Assembly (NCBI RefSeq): GCF_009834535.1
Contig: NC_045697.1
Coordinates: 111,416,001 to 111,480,000, forward strand
Direction of reading: 5' to 3'
Origin: Camelus ferus
Taxonomy: Eukaryota
Length of the DNA: 64,000 bases
Below, piece after piece: positions 40,335 to 52,594 of the stretch. The notes under the pieces are model-generated. The model was not told the origin of the DNA and made no database searches. It saw only the letters and a list, made by a program, of their open reading frames with translations. Made by a program: the position numbers and the translations under genes. How positions within the stretch are numbered: position 1 is the stretch's first letter; each line of letters begins with the position of its first letter.

Positions 40335-42556
40335 TCATAATCTCCATCCGAAATAGTTTTACCCTCGTGATGAGTAAAATCAACCCCAAGGGGACAACAC
40401 CCTAAAAACCATCTTCTAACATGGTGGAAATCTGGCATGTTAATGGAATGTAGTTATCTGTCACAATACTGATGGAATATTGCTATGTCACCACTACTGG
40501 GGACAGTGAAGAAGACCCAAGAAGCGTGAAGGACCTCTTACTGGCCTACAAGGAAGTCCTCTCTTCTACTTCCCAGACGTGGCTCATCCTTTAGGACCTG
40601 CTCAAATCCCCGCCTCCTTCTGCAAGCCCTCCTTTGATGATCTCTCTCAACTTCCTGTAGAATCTGAGTTAACACCTTCACATTGGGTACTTCGTAAAAC
40701 ACTGTTGTTTGTCGCTCCCTTTTGTAAGTATCCCTTCACTTTGCAGAACGTCCCTAGAATAGCAGGCACGGGGCTGTTCCTGGGAAGTAAAGCACATTAG
40801 GGCTCCAAACACAATAACACACTTACAGTAATGAAAGCAGCACTTCATACTGCCCTGCACTTTTCAAGAGTTTGATTTCCAAACGTGAACTGGTTTAAAA
40901 GCATTTCTATCTGGTATTTCCAAATGCCTAGTGAATGAATGGCTTTCGTTTTCTTGGTGATTTGTCCAATTAGGGCGATTTATTCCAGCAAGTTGTTAGC
41001 AGGGCCTAACAATAATAAAGTGTTACTACCTTGGTCTGGGAACTGAGCACATCATGGAAAGTGTGGCAAGGGCCACAAATGAGAGCCTTCTCCGCCTCCT
41101 GGAAATGTTGGCGGCGGGGTGTGTGTTTTGCTCATGCTACTGTCTTTACAGGGGCTATAAAAACATTACCTTCGTTCTATAAATTTGGGGGAAAATACCA
41201 GCCAGTCACAGCCCCTCTACATTCATTTCAGAAACCCATTCCTGTTCATTCCCTCTTCCTGACACCCAGGTCATAGAATTACGGCGACCAATGACTCACC
41301 TTCAGTGTTAAAACAACAATAGAGGCAGTAAGAGCGTTACAACTATTCAGGAAGAAAGCTTGATGTTCCTGGAAGTGACAAAATACCAACTGTATAAACT
41401 GAAACAGAGTCCAAAGAGAAGGGGAAATGTTTACCAGATCAGTAACAGGGGCTCCCAACTCCCACCTACCCCGCAATGTGTACCGACAATGAAAAGCACA
41501 CCCCAGAGTCTAGAAATAATGGGAAAGAGGCCTCAGAAATACTGGAAACAGTTTATCATACGGTTCATGTCTTGTGCCACGAGCGCAAGGCCTAGAGTTG
41601 CCCTCAGCATACGGCCCCCCATGGAGACACCTGAGGGACAATAATACCCTCTTTCAAGGAAGTTTCTGCGGGCCAGGACCGTCACCAGTGAGGAGCAAAT
41701 GGGGAACTAACGTGGGTCTGAAAGGCAGTAAAACTGTGTATAACTCGGGCACGTGAACCAACCTCCCAGGATACTGACGGGCCACCGTACAGATGTGCCC
41801 AAAATGTGCATATTTTAACATTCAAATTGTTCCTTCTACAGCTCCAAAAAAACTCTTAAAAAATAACCCCCTTACAAAATAAACACCTCACGTTACCTGT
41901 CCTATTTACAGTGTAGCTCTTCTAAAGCAGTCACTAAGACTTTACAAACCATAAATAACAGCGTAATGCCAGCATAAATAGCAGCGATTCATGTGCACTT
42001 TCATAGGGAATTACAATCATTGTGACAAGATCTTTAAAAAAAAAATTTACATTTCTAATTTTTCTTTTAAATACTTCTTTTCAACAGTAGTCTTACTCTT
42101 CCTGCATCTTTAAGTCCCCGAAGAGATAAATATGATCCGATTCCTCCCCTGTGATAGGTATGAAAAGCTGCTGATTTAGGACCAAACTGGAGCTTGTTCA
42201 TACTGGGAGCCGTGGAGTAAATGGCTGACAATGAGTCGGTTCATGTTCCAGTGGATTATGAGCCACATTTATCAGACAAAGGCCTCCTGGCTGATATCCA
42301 GACAGCTTCTTCTAATAACCGAAGAGGACAGGGAAGGACAGGCGGGCAGTGAGAAGAACACACAGGGTCACCTCCACCCGTCAGGTTCTCCAAACCCGCC
42401 TCAGAGGGTACCTGTCCGAATCCTCATGAAAGTAAAGGCAAATCTGGCCAAATATTTAAAATCCTGGGGGAATATCAGACCATATCAGATCATAGTTCAA
42501 GAGGACAACAATAGCCCAAGAAAACTTTCCAAAGGAAGAAACTTTTGAGAAATGAT

Positions 42557-45500
42557 TTGTTTTGTTTTGTTTTGTTTTGTTCTTTTACTGAAGTATAGCT
42601 GATTTACAACATCTCAGGTGTACAGCAAAGTGGTTCATCTACATATATATATATATTCATTTATAGATATATATTCTTTTCCAGACTCTTTTCCATTACA
42701 GGTTATTACAAGATAGTGAATATAGTTCCCTGTGCTATACAGTAGGTCCTTGCTGTTTATCTATTTTGTATATAGTAGTGTGTATCTGTTAATCCCAAAT
42801 TCCTAATTTATCCCTCCGTCCCCCTTCGCCTTTGGTAATCATAGTTTGTTTTCCATGTCCATGAGTCCATGTGTTTTGTAATAAAGTTTATCAGTATCAT
42901 TTTTTAGATTCCACATATGAGTGGTATCATATGGCATTTTTCTTTCTCTTTCTGACTTACTTCACTTAGTATGATAATCTCTGTGTCCCTCCATGTTGCT
43001 GCAAATGGAATTATTTCATTCTTTTATATGGCTGATTAGTATCCCATTGTGTGTATATATATATATATACATATATACACACACACACACATTGCAATTT
43101 TCTTTCCCATTCATCTGTGAATGGACATTTAGGTTGCTTCCATGTCTTGGCTATTGTATATAGTGCTGCTATGAACATGGGAGTGCATGTATCTTTTTAA
43201 ATTAGTTTTCTCTGGATATTTGCCCAGGAGTGGGATTCCTGGATCACTTGGTAACTCTGTTTTTAGTTTTTTAAGGAACCTCCATACTGTTCTCTATACT
43301 GGCTACATCAATTTATATTCCCACCAACAGGGCAGGAGGGTTCCCTTTTCTCTATACTCACTCCAGCATTTTTTGATGACGGCCATTCTGACTGGTGTGA
43401 GGTGATACCTCACTGTAGTTTTGATTTGCATTTCTCTAATAGTTAGCGATGTTGCACATCTTTTCATGTGCCTGTTGGCCATCTGTATGTCTTCTTTGGA
43501 GAAATGCTTATTTAGGTCTTTTTTAACCCATTTTTTGATTCAGTTGTTTATGTTTTTTATATTGAGCTGTATGAGCTGCTGGCATATTTTGGAAATCAAT
43601 CCCTTATTGGTCCAATGGTTTGCAAATATCTGCTCCAATTCTGTAAGTTATCTTTTCATTTTGTTCATTGTTTCCTTTGCTGTGCAAAAGCGTTTCAGTT
43701 TAATAGGTTCATTTGTTCATTTTTGCTTTTGTTTCCATTACTCTAGGAGATGGATCCAAAAAAATATTGCTGCTATTTATGTCAAAGAGTGTTCTGCCTG
43801 TGTTTTCCTCTAGGAGTTTTAGACCATCTCATCTTACATTTAGGTCTTAATCCATTTTGAGTTTACTTCTGTATATTATGTTAGAGAATGTTCTAATTTC
43901 AGTCTTTTACAGGTAGCTGTCCAGTTTTCCCATCACCACTTTTCTGTCTTTTCTCCACTGTATATTCTTGCCTCTTTTGTCTAATTGACCATAAATGTGT
44001 GGGTTTATTTCTGGACTTTCTATCCTGTTCCACTGATCTATGTGTCTGTTTTTGTGCCTCTACCATACTGTTTTGAGTACTGTAGCTTTGTAGTATAGTC
44101 TGAAGTCAGGGAGCATGATTCCTCCAGCTCCGTTCTTGTTTCTCAAGATTGTTTTGGCTGTTCTGAGTCTTTTGTGATTCCATAGAAATTTTAATTTTTT
44201 GTTCTAGTTCTGTAAAAAAAAAATGTCATTGGTAATTTGATAGGGATTGCACTGAATCTGTAGATTGCCTTGGGTAGTGTGGTCATTTTAACAATATTGA
44301 TTCTTTCAATCCAAGAACATGGTTATATCTTTCTGTCTGTTTATGTCATCTTCAGTTTCTTTCATCAGCGTCTTATGGTTTTCAGAATACAGGTCTTTTG
44401 GCTCCTTAGGTAGGTTTATTTTTCCTAAGTATTTTATTCTTTTTGATGTGATGGTAAATGGGACTGTCTCTTTAATTTCTCTTTCTGATAGTTCATTGTT
44501 AGTGTACAGAAATGCAACAGAGTTCCATATATTAATTTTGTATCCTGCAACTTTACCTAATTCATTGATGAGCTCTAGTAGTCTTCTCATTGCACCTTTA
44601 GGATCGTCTGTGTATGAAATGTCATGTCATCTGCAGAGTGGTAGTTTTACTTCTTCCTTTCCAATTTGGATTTCTTTTTCCTTCTCTTCTCTGACTACTA
44701 CGGCTAGGACTTCTAAACCTGTGTTTAATAAAAATGGCAAGAGCGGCATCCTTGTCTTGTTCCTGATCTTACAGGAAATGCTTCCAGCTTTTCCCCACTG
44801 AGTATGATGTTAGCTGTGGGTTTGACATATATGGCCTTTATCATGTTGAGGTATGCTCCCTCTATGCCCACTTTCTGGAGAGTTTTTTTTTTTTTTTTAA
44901 TCATACATAGATGTTGAATTTTGTCAGAAGCTTTTTCTGCATATATTGAAATGACCATATTCTTCAGTTTGTCTTTATTCGTCAGTTTTTTATGTAGTGT
45001 ATCACACTGATTGATTTGTGGATACTGAAAAATCCTTGCATTCCTGGGATAAATCCCACTTGATCATGGTGTATGACCCTTTTAATGTACTTTTGGAGTT
45101 GGTTTGCTAGTATTTTGTTGACGATTTTTGCATCTATGTTCATCAGTGATACTGGCTGTGAATTTATTTTGTGATATCTTTGTCTGGTATCAGGGTGATG
45201 GTGGCCTCATAGAACGAGTTGGGAAGTGTTCCTTCCTCTGCAATTTTTTGGAATAGTTTCAGAAGGAAAGGTGTTACTCTTCTCTAAATGTTTGGTAGAA
45301 CTCACCTGTGAAGCCATCTGGTCGTGGACTTTTGTTTATTGGGAGTTTTTAAATTACTGATTTAATTTCAGTGCTGGTAATTGGTCTGCTTCATATTTTC
45401 TATTTCTTCCTGGTTCAGTCTTAGGAGATTGTGCATTTCTAAGAATTTGGCCATTTCTTCTAGGCTGTCCATTTTATTGGCACATAGTTGCTCATAGTAG

Positions 45501-45780
45501 TCTCTTATCTTTTGTATTTCTGTGGGGTCAGTTGTCACTTCTTTTTCACTTGATTTTATTGATTTGGACCCTCTCTTTTTTTTTTTCCCTCGATGAGTCT
45601 GGCTAAAGGTTTATGAATTTTATCTTTTTAAAGAACCAACTCTTAGTTTCACTGATCTTTTCTATTTTTTTAAGTCTCTATTTCATTTATTTCTGCTCTG
45701 ATCTTTATCATTTCTTTCCTTCTACTAACTTTGGGTTTTGTTTGTTCTTCTTTCTCTAGTTGCTTTAGCTGCAAGGTCAG
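42557..45780 (-). mobile_element. 5'-truncated L1 (~3.2 kb: RT domain, C-terminus, 3'UTR), frameshifted
   Basis: ORFs 44725-44958 (…[10 protein letters not shown]…SGTRQGC) and 44306-44590 (…LLELINELGKVAGYKIN…) are L1 RT peptides. (TTTTG)n tail at 42557-42580 and internal (TA)n(CA)n at ~43050-43090. Confidence 0.95.
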
Positions 45781-48429
45781 TTTTTTTTCTAATATAAGCC
45801 ACTTAGACAAAAGAAAATTATTCAACGCCTGATAAAAGCTATAGACAGAAGTTAAAATGATTAAAAGGAAGGCAATTTATAGATGCAAGCCAAATTTAAA
45901 ATAATGTAAAACGACTTCTTCACCCATGATTATCCTGCCACCATCAAGACAGACAAAACCTATACATCTACATAGTATAGTCTGTCTCTGTAATATTATT
46001 CACTATACATCTATATAATATTCCACATGAGAATTATCTATCTATATTTCCATGCTACAATTTTTAGCATCTTCCAAAAAATGAATTTGACTCTTGAGAA
46101 AATACACTTAATGAGATACATATATATATATTGCTGTATAGGTACCTCTGATTTTTGAGTTAGTGTAGTTTCCAAAAATATGTTAACTTGATTCCCATGA
46201 TGCTGATTATGTGGAGAATCTGACCTAACATTTACTGAGTTCCCACAACGAATAAGACTGCTTTCCTCCAATAAACTTAAAAAAAAAATTGTGCTGAACA
46301 ATGTCACAACTTGAGACAAATGGAACTATTTCAACAGAACAGTTGTACTTTAAAATCAGATGTCCGACACTGCACCTAAAACACAAAAAGGACCCAAAGT
46401 ATTTTATTTGGCACATGTCTAACATTTCCAGTAGTCTTGCCTACAGACGTTATCTTTATATCTGCTACATCAAAATAGTATGGGGAAGTGTTCGACCCTT
46501 GTGTCCATATGCAGCCACATTTTGCAGAATCAAGGGAAGTGCCCACTGGTTATGCAACATGTCAGTTAAGCTCCACATGCATGAAAAGAGTGACTCCAAG
46601 ACCAGAACCTATGCACACATTTCAATATGCAAAGGAACTGCCTAAAAAGGTGCCTGACAGATAAAGTAAAAAAGCATATACAAAGTGGGTACTCATTAAC
46701 TGTTCCCTGCATTAAATTGACAGTACTAGGTGATAATGACAAAAGCCTACAGTTTCTTTTCATCTTGGAGGACAGATTTCAGCTTGGAATGCTACACAGC
46801 AATTTTTATAACGGCTATGAGAAAAGGTTGCTTTGAAAATTACCCCTGGGCTAGGAAAAGAAAAATAAGGGTATTCAGGACTCTGGTCAGGGAGGTGACA
46901 GTTCAACCTGTAAATAAATGGAAGTTTTCCTACCCTGAACTCATGGTTAAAGCTTATGATTTGTACAAGTTGTTGAATTGAGCTCTAGAAACAAGATATT
47001 TCTCAGGGGAAAAAAAAAAAAAAACTGCACAATGACAGTGAATAGCAGCCTCATAGTAAAAGGAAGATTTTTCTGGGTTTGAAGACTTGAGGTTTCACAG
47101 GAAGAATGCCGGGGTAGGTCCATCCTGACAGCATCATTTTCGGATCTGAACAGCTGAGTAGCTGCCCGCATGTGCAGGTACATGACATAATTGTAGCTTC
47201 TCCTAATTACCTTGATGTGAATAACCGCAGCAAGGGCTTTTTTAAAACCTAGGTTTAAGGTAAAAGTCCCTTTTAAAAAAGAAGTAATCTGTATTTTTCA
47301 AATAAACACCTTCTCTTTGACACCAAATGTCTTTAAAGTGAGCAGTATGATCATTATTGGACTATGATGCTCAGCAGTGATTTCACAGTAAACAGGTTTC
47401 TGTAAAAAATATTTACAGGTAGTAGAAAGTTGTTTCAGGGTTTATTATGATAAGTAACTCATTTCTTTTTGTTTAACAATCAACTTTGTAATCTTCTACA
47501 GGATCCACCTTCAAAGTTTACTAACGGGACAGTTACACTTGCAGGTAAATCATCTGAACATAATGGGAGGCACTGGCAACAGTCTCTTCTCCGAGGCCAC
47601 ATTGTACTAGAAAGAGTCGGCTGCTGGAAGGCCTGCAAAACACCATAACCTGAATTTCAAAAGAGAAACATCTGCAGAGCAACGGACTGGCAGCAATTCC
47701 AGTAATTAATGAGATGGCAGGAAAGAGCAAATTTAAACCTGTCTCAAACTTGAGCTCACTTGACCCATCAGCTGACTCTCAGATAAACCTCCTCCTCTGT
47801 GGCATTTTCAAGTGCATGATTTGAATCATGAATTTCACAAGAGACGGCAAGTTACGACCTGGAGATGTACGACTTCAATGTGTAAAACAGCAACACTGAG
47901 GGCTCAGGCAGATTTTTCAAAAGGTCAACAATTTTACTAAGTAAAATTTTACCAGTTATCTTTAGAACTTTTAACACTTAAAAAGCAGCTTAACTTTTTT
48001 AAATGTCTCAAGAGGAAAGAGGCCCAGAGGCAAAGAGCCTCAGGCTAGTCCAGTTACAACAGACAACACACCCAAAAGATGTGCAGTTGGTGAATTTCTC
48101 CATTTCGCCAAACTGGGTGCACCACAATAAAATACCAGTGTTCACAGAACGAAAATGTGTTTCTATCCTTTCCTGTTGTCATGCTTCTGACATGCTAACG
48201 TGCACAAATGCAACACTGACCTTCAATACACCTTTGTTTTGTGATGCACAGTCTTGCCTGTTTGAGAAAATTCATTTATTTCCCAAACACTGAGTGGCCA
48301 CTACATCCTAAGCATAGAACTAAACATTTGGGATAAAGAAATGAGCAAAATACGATCCCTGACCACAAGATTCTCACAGCTCACTGGGGGAACGTGTATA
48401 CCAACAACAGACAATGCTACAACAGAGGT

Positions 48430-48625
48430 AATAATCATTGCTGAGACATATTGAATTAAGAACTTTATATTTACTACTTCATTTCATCATCACATTATTG
48501 TCATTTTGTCGGTGATGAACTTGAGGCTTTGAGAGAAGTTAAGTGACTTGCCCAAGAACAGTAGTGATAAATGGGAATACAGGATCTGAATTCAGATCAT
48601 CTGACACTGAAGCATATGCTGCACA
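48430..48625 (-). mobile_element. MIR SINE
   Basis: 'gatgaacttgaggctttgagagaagttaagtgacttgcccaag'. Confidence 0.7.
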
Positions 48626-49604
48626 TAAACTTTTATGTTATAGCTCTTCAAAGAACTATGGAAACACAAAGAAAAGACCCCAGTAGGGGAAGAAAAGTAG
48701 GAAGAAGTGAGAAAGGAGGTTTTGAAGATCTTTCACTTCCACTGTCAGTGAAAGAACAAAGTAGTTAGGACCTGAGCAGTTTCATTATCAGTTATTTAGA
48801 AAAATAAGTTAGTTTGCCAAAGTAAACGTTGGAATTGCCCTAGGTTTATTTAGCTCCCTGAAGAAATAATGAAAGACACTCTCAAATAACGATGACTATT
48901 TTCACTGATGGTACTGAATGAAGCAAAGTAAGATGCCAAGCTGAAGAAAAGCTGGAACGCCCCACATTGTAAAAATTGATAGAGGACAAACATTTGTGAA
49001 CAAGAAAACAGTGATGATTAACAGGAGGAAGTCCCTCAGGGCGGTCCCCTGGGCTCGCACAGATGGGCTTATGTAGATTGTTAATAGGTGAGCATCTGTC
49101 TCCTCTGGTGACACAGCAAGAGGGGCCACCTCCCAACGAGCACATTCCAGACCAACTTCCAGTCGGCGGAGAAACACTTTAACAAATTAGCCCATGTTCT
49201 TAATAACCAGATGCAAGCAGCTTCATTCAGTTCTTTTCTATGCTACTTTTGGCTCTGTGAGGTATGAGTCTTTAAAGTATGCCTACTTTATAGACAAGGA
49301 AAAGACGTAAACAAGTGAAAAGCCTGAAGCTATTTAACAATAAAAGCACGTGTCACTTCACCCTTTCCAGTCAAAACTATCTGTCCTCTGCCTGGTTGCC
49401 TCAAAATCATGTTCTCAGTTCAATAAGCATAACTTAAGAGCTTACGCTACGTAAATCACTATGTTAGCCGTTGATGGGCAAAAAAAAAAAATGGAAACCA
49501 TCTGCTCCCCATCCCTGGGGAGCTCCCTGTTTGACTGGGCTCTGCTGGAGAATTATTAAACTAAACTTCGCAATATGATGATGAATGATGATGAACTAGA
49601 TCGC

Positions 49605-49830
49605 TGTGCTTCTCCACCTAGTCTAACAGCAGGTACAAGATAAGCTCCCAGGGGAAGAAAGATTGGAAAATACTGTGCAGTATACATCTGCGTTGGAGAT
49701 CTGAGCCATCCATCAGCATATGAAGGGCTCTGCTAAGTCTTGGAATATACAAACCTGTTTATCTTGGTTTAGCAAAGACTTAAACCAAGCTGAACAAATG
49801 TTCCACTGAATCCGCTTTGGGAAAAGCTGG
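49605..49830. mobile_element. hAT-Charlie MITE (MER102/MER113-type)
   Basis: 'ttggagat...cagcatatgaagggctctgctaagtcttg...aaacctgtttatcttggtttag...ctttgggaaaagctg'. Confidence 0.55.
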
Positions 49831-51431
49831 GTTCTGTGTCCCCTACCCCTCCACTTACTGGGACTCTTTTCTGTATTTGTCAAAAATATCTTTCACCAAG
49901 AACCATAAGGGGTGGGTGTTCCACCCCTGTGCTATGCCCTGAGGGAGGTGCTCGCATTTGACTCCTTTGCCGCCTCTCAAATCAGTTTCATAGGAAGACA
50001 CATTTTGTCTGAGCACAGGATATGTTAGGGGCCAGCCCAATTTCCTCTCTTCCTTTAGCCAATCACAAGTCAATCAAGTACATTATTTCTGGCAAGAACT
50101 ACACTGACTCACTTGGGTCTAAAAATAACGCTCAACCACATGTGGTACCTCTAGACCCTTCTCCAGAATCTAACATCAATAAGGTGTTACTCAGCTGTAG
50201 TCACTTCCCACTAATACACACTCATCTTGCAGGAAAAGAAGCCATACAAAATAACCAACATCCCCACTTCCTTTTTTTTTTTTTTTTTTTGAGCACTATA
50301 GAAATTTTGCCAGTATTTAATGTTCCATCACAATATTTGGCAAATGCACACTGGCATTCATACACTTTAAATCTGAACAGATTTGGGGAGGAACCAGTCC
50401 AAAATAATCATTCCAGCCTTTGAAAGAGAAAAATCTATGCTGTGAAGAATGTTTCTGAGATAGCATTTTAGCTATAAATCAGATTTACTCCCCAAGAGCA
50501 ATCAAACTACATGTAAAAGAATTTGTGTTTTAAACAAACTAATCTTAACTCATATGTAACTCTCGGAATATTTGTCTGGGAATATGGACTCCACCGCTTA
50601 GACATAAATTAACAAAGGTTTCTTTTATGAGTATTGCAATGATGGATATGCATGCCCAGGAGAGCATATATTTGGGTCTGAGCACAGGAGTCCCTATGTG
50701 TAGAAATATCTTAAATGTATAAAATATGAGCTAACAGAAAGAAAAGTGGGAAACATGACCAGGCTTGGCAGGTCTCATATCTCAGGGGAACACATCTGAG
50801 TGCAGAGACTCAATCCAAGCCCAGACTCCATCCCAGTCCCGTGTCTGGGGTTCAGATTCATGATGTGTGAGGGGATGAGACCAAGTCTTCTGAGAATGGC
50901 TGAGACCCACCGCCCTCCCCCAGGAGATTTTTGCAGGCCTCCAAGTGATACAAGATGACATGCGAGACGCGCAACATCCAGCCAGTCAGGAATCAAGCTG
51001 ACAGAATAGGTGTGAATGTTCCTCCCTAATCAACTCCCAGTGCAACTTTCCTTCCCTCTGGATGAATTCAGAAGTGGAGTATCTGAGAAAACTGATCGCT
51101 TTTCAGGAGTTCAGTTTAAATTCAGCCCATGGCCTGGTACCAAACAAGTACAATAATCACTTCTTTCTGCTCAGGAAGGGAGTTGGTGGGGTCAAGGGGC
51201 GCCATCTGTCCACAGTCTGCAAATCTACCCTCGTCAACTTCTCACCCCCCAGTTCTAACACACGGAAAGGCTTTATGTATACATGCTGTTTTGTTTTGGA
51301 GAGTTTTTCTATTATGACAACTAAATACTTAGAAGTCAGTTACATGTTTTTAAAGTTCAGAAAGAGAATTTAGATTAAGGAAACTAAAAAACTTGACATC
51401 TCTCTCTGTTGGAAGATAACATGAATATGGG

Positions 51432-51569
51432 TGGGGGGCTATAGCTCAGTGGTACAGCACACGCTTAGTGTGCATGAAGCCCTGGGTTCAATCCCCAGTC
51501 CTTCCATCTAAACAAACAAACAAACAAACAAACCTAATTACCCTCCCCCAAAACAAAAAAACCAAAAAA
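51432..51569 (+). mobile_element. tRNA-derived SINE, camelid Vic-1 type, with 11-bp TSD
   Basis: 'tatagctcagtggtacagcacacgcttagtgtgcatgaagccctgggttcaatcccc' plus (AAAC)n and 'cctaattacc'. TSD ATGAATATGGG at 51421-51431 / 51570-51580. Confidence 0.92.
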
Positions 51570-52201
51570 ATGAATATGGGCAACTTCATCAAAGTTTTAG
51601 TCAAGAAAATAAATTTGTTAAGCTAAATGTTATTTCTGAATAGCTTAATCAGAAACATGATTTCAATCCTCCAAAAAAAACCTATAATGTGAAAATACTT
51701 ATGAGAGTTGCCCTCTTTCAAAAGCAGCTCTGTGAAAACATACATCTGTATGAGCTACCCTGGAACTGGTGAATTTCAGCGATCTGTACATCCCTGCCTT
51801 CTTGTCAGCCATTCTTCAATTGCCAAATGCCCCTGACCTAAGGTCCACAGTCCCCTTTCTTCGGTCCTCTCACTCTCTTCTTGCAGCCTTGACCACCTTT
51901 ACACTGTCCTCCAACCTGCCAATTCTCAGTCCCCCACAGGGCAAGGACCACCTTGTGGACCACTATACAGCCCCGACAGCCTGGCTCACCTAGAGTGTGC
52001 AGGTGTTCAAAAGACACTGAATGCATCCACTTCAATCTCAAAATAAATATGGGTATTCCTTTCTCATTCCTTAAAATATTTGCATCTAAAAGGAATCTGA
52101 AAGCCATTTAAGAATGGTGAATATTTTCCTTTATTCAAAACTTCCTATAAAGTTAATTCATATAAATACTATCAAACTGACCAGATCTCTGCATTTGCTA
52201 G

Positions 52202-52594
52202 TGTTAAAAACAACACAACAGGCCCAAAATGGAGTCACTTATGCTAAGCCCCACATCACCAAACTTAATTACATCCCAAAAATGAACTCTTAAACCAGCC
52301 AATCAGGAATCATGCACTCAGCACAAGCGAGGTAATCACGGACCCCTGCCACCCCCTAAAAGAAAGTAACTTTGCAATAACCAATCCATTTTGTTCTTGT
52401 TTTTTTTTTTCTGCCTGATGTAACTTCCTTGGTCCTGCTCCCTTCTGCCTATCAAAGTCTTTCATTTTGTACAACTCCTAGGAACACCTTTCCGTCTGTT
52501 AGATTGAATGATGTTCAATTCATGAATCATTGAGAATTAATGAATCATGAATCAATAAGATCTTTAAAATTTACTAAGTTGAATTTTTTTAACA
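52202..52594 (+). mobile_element. ERV1-class solo LTR
   Basis: TGTTAAAAA...TTTTTAACA inverted termini, 'caaaatggagtc' 5' motif and CCAAT boxes; same family as 7720-8062. Confidence 0.8.

Noticed and set aside
51199..51212. Possible CTCF site GCGCCATCTGTCCA
   Set aside because: Only one half of the motif fits and the other high-information positions mismatch; not supportable without ChIP data.
51432..51505. Possible tRNA-Ala gene (also at ~25220-25270)
   Set aside because: Degenerate cloverleaf followed by a SINE body, A-rich tail and TSD; these are SINEs.
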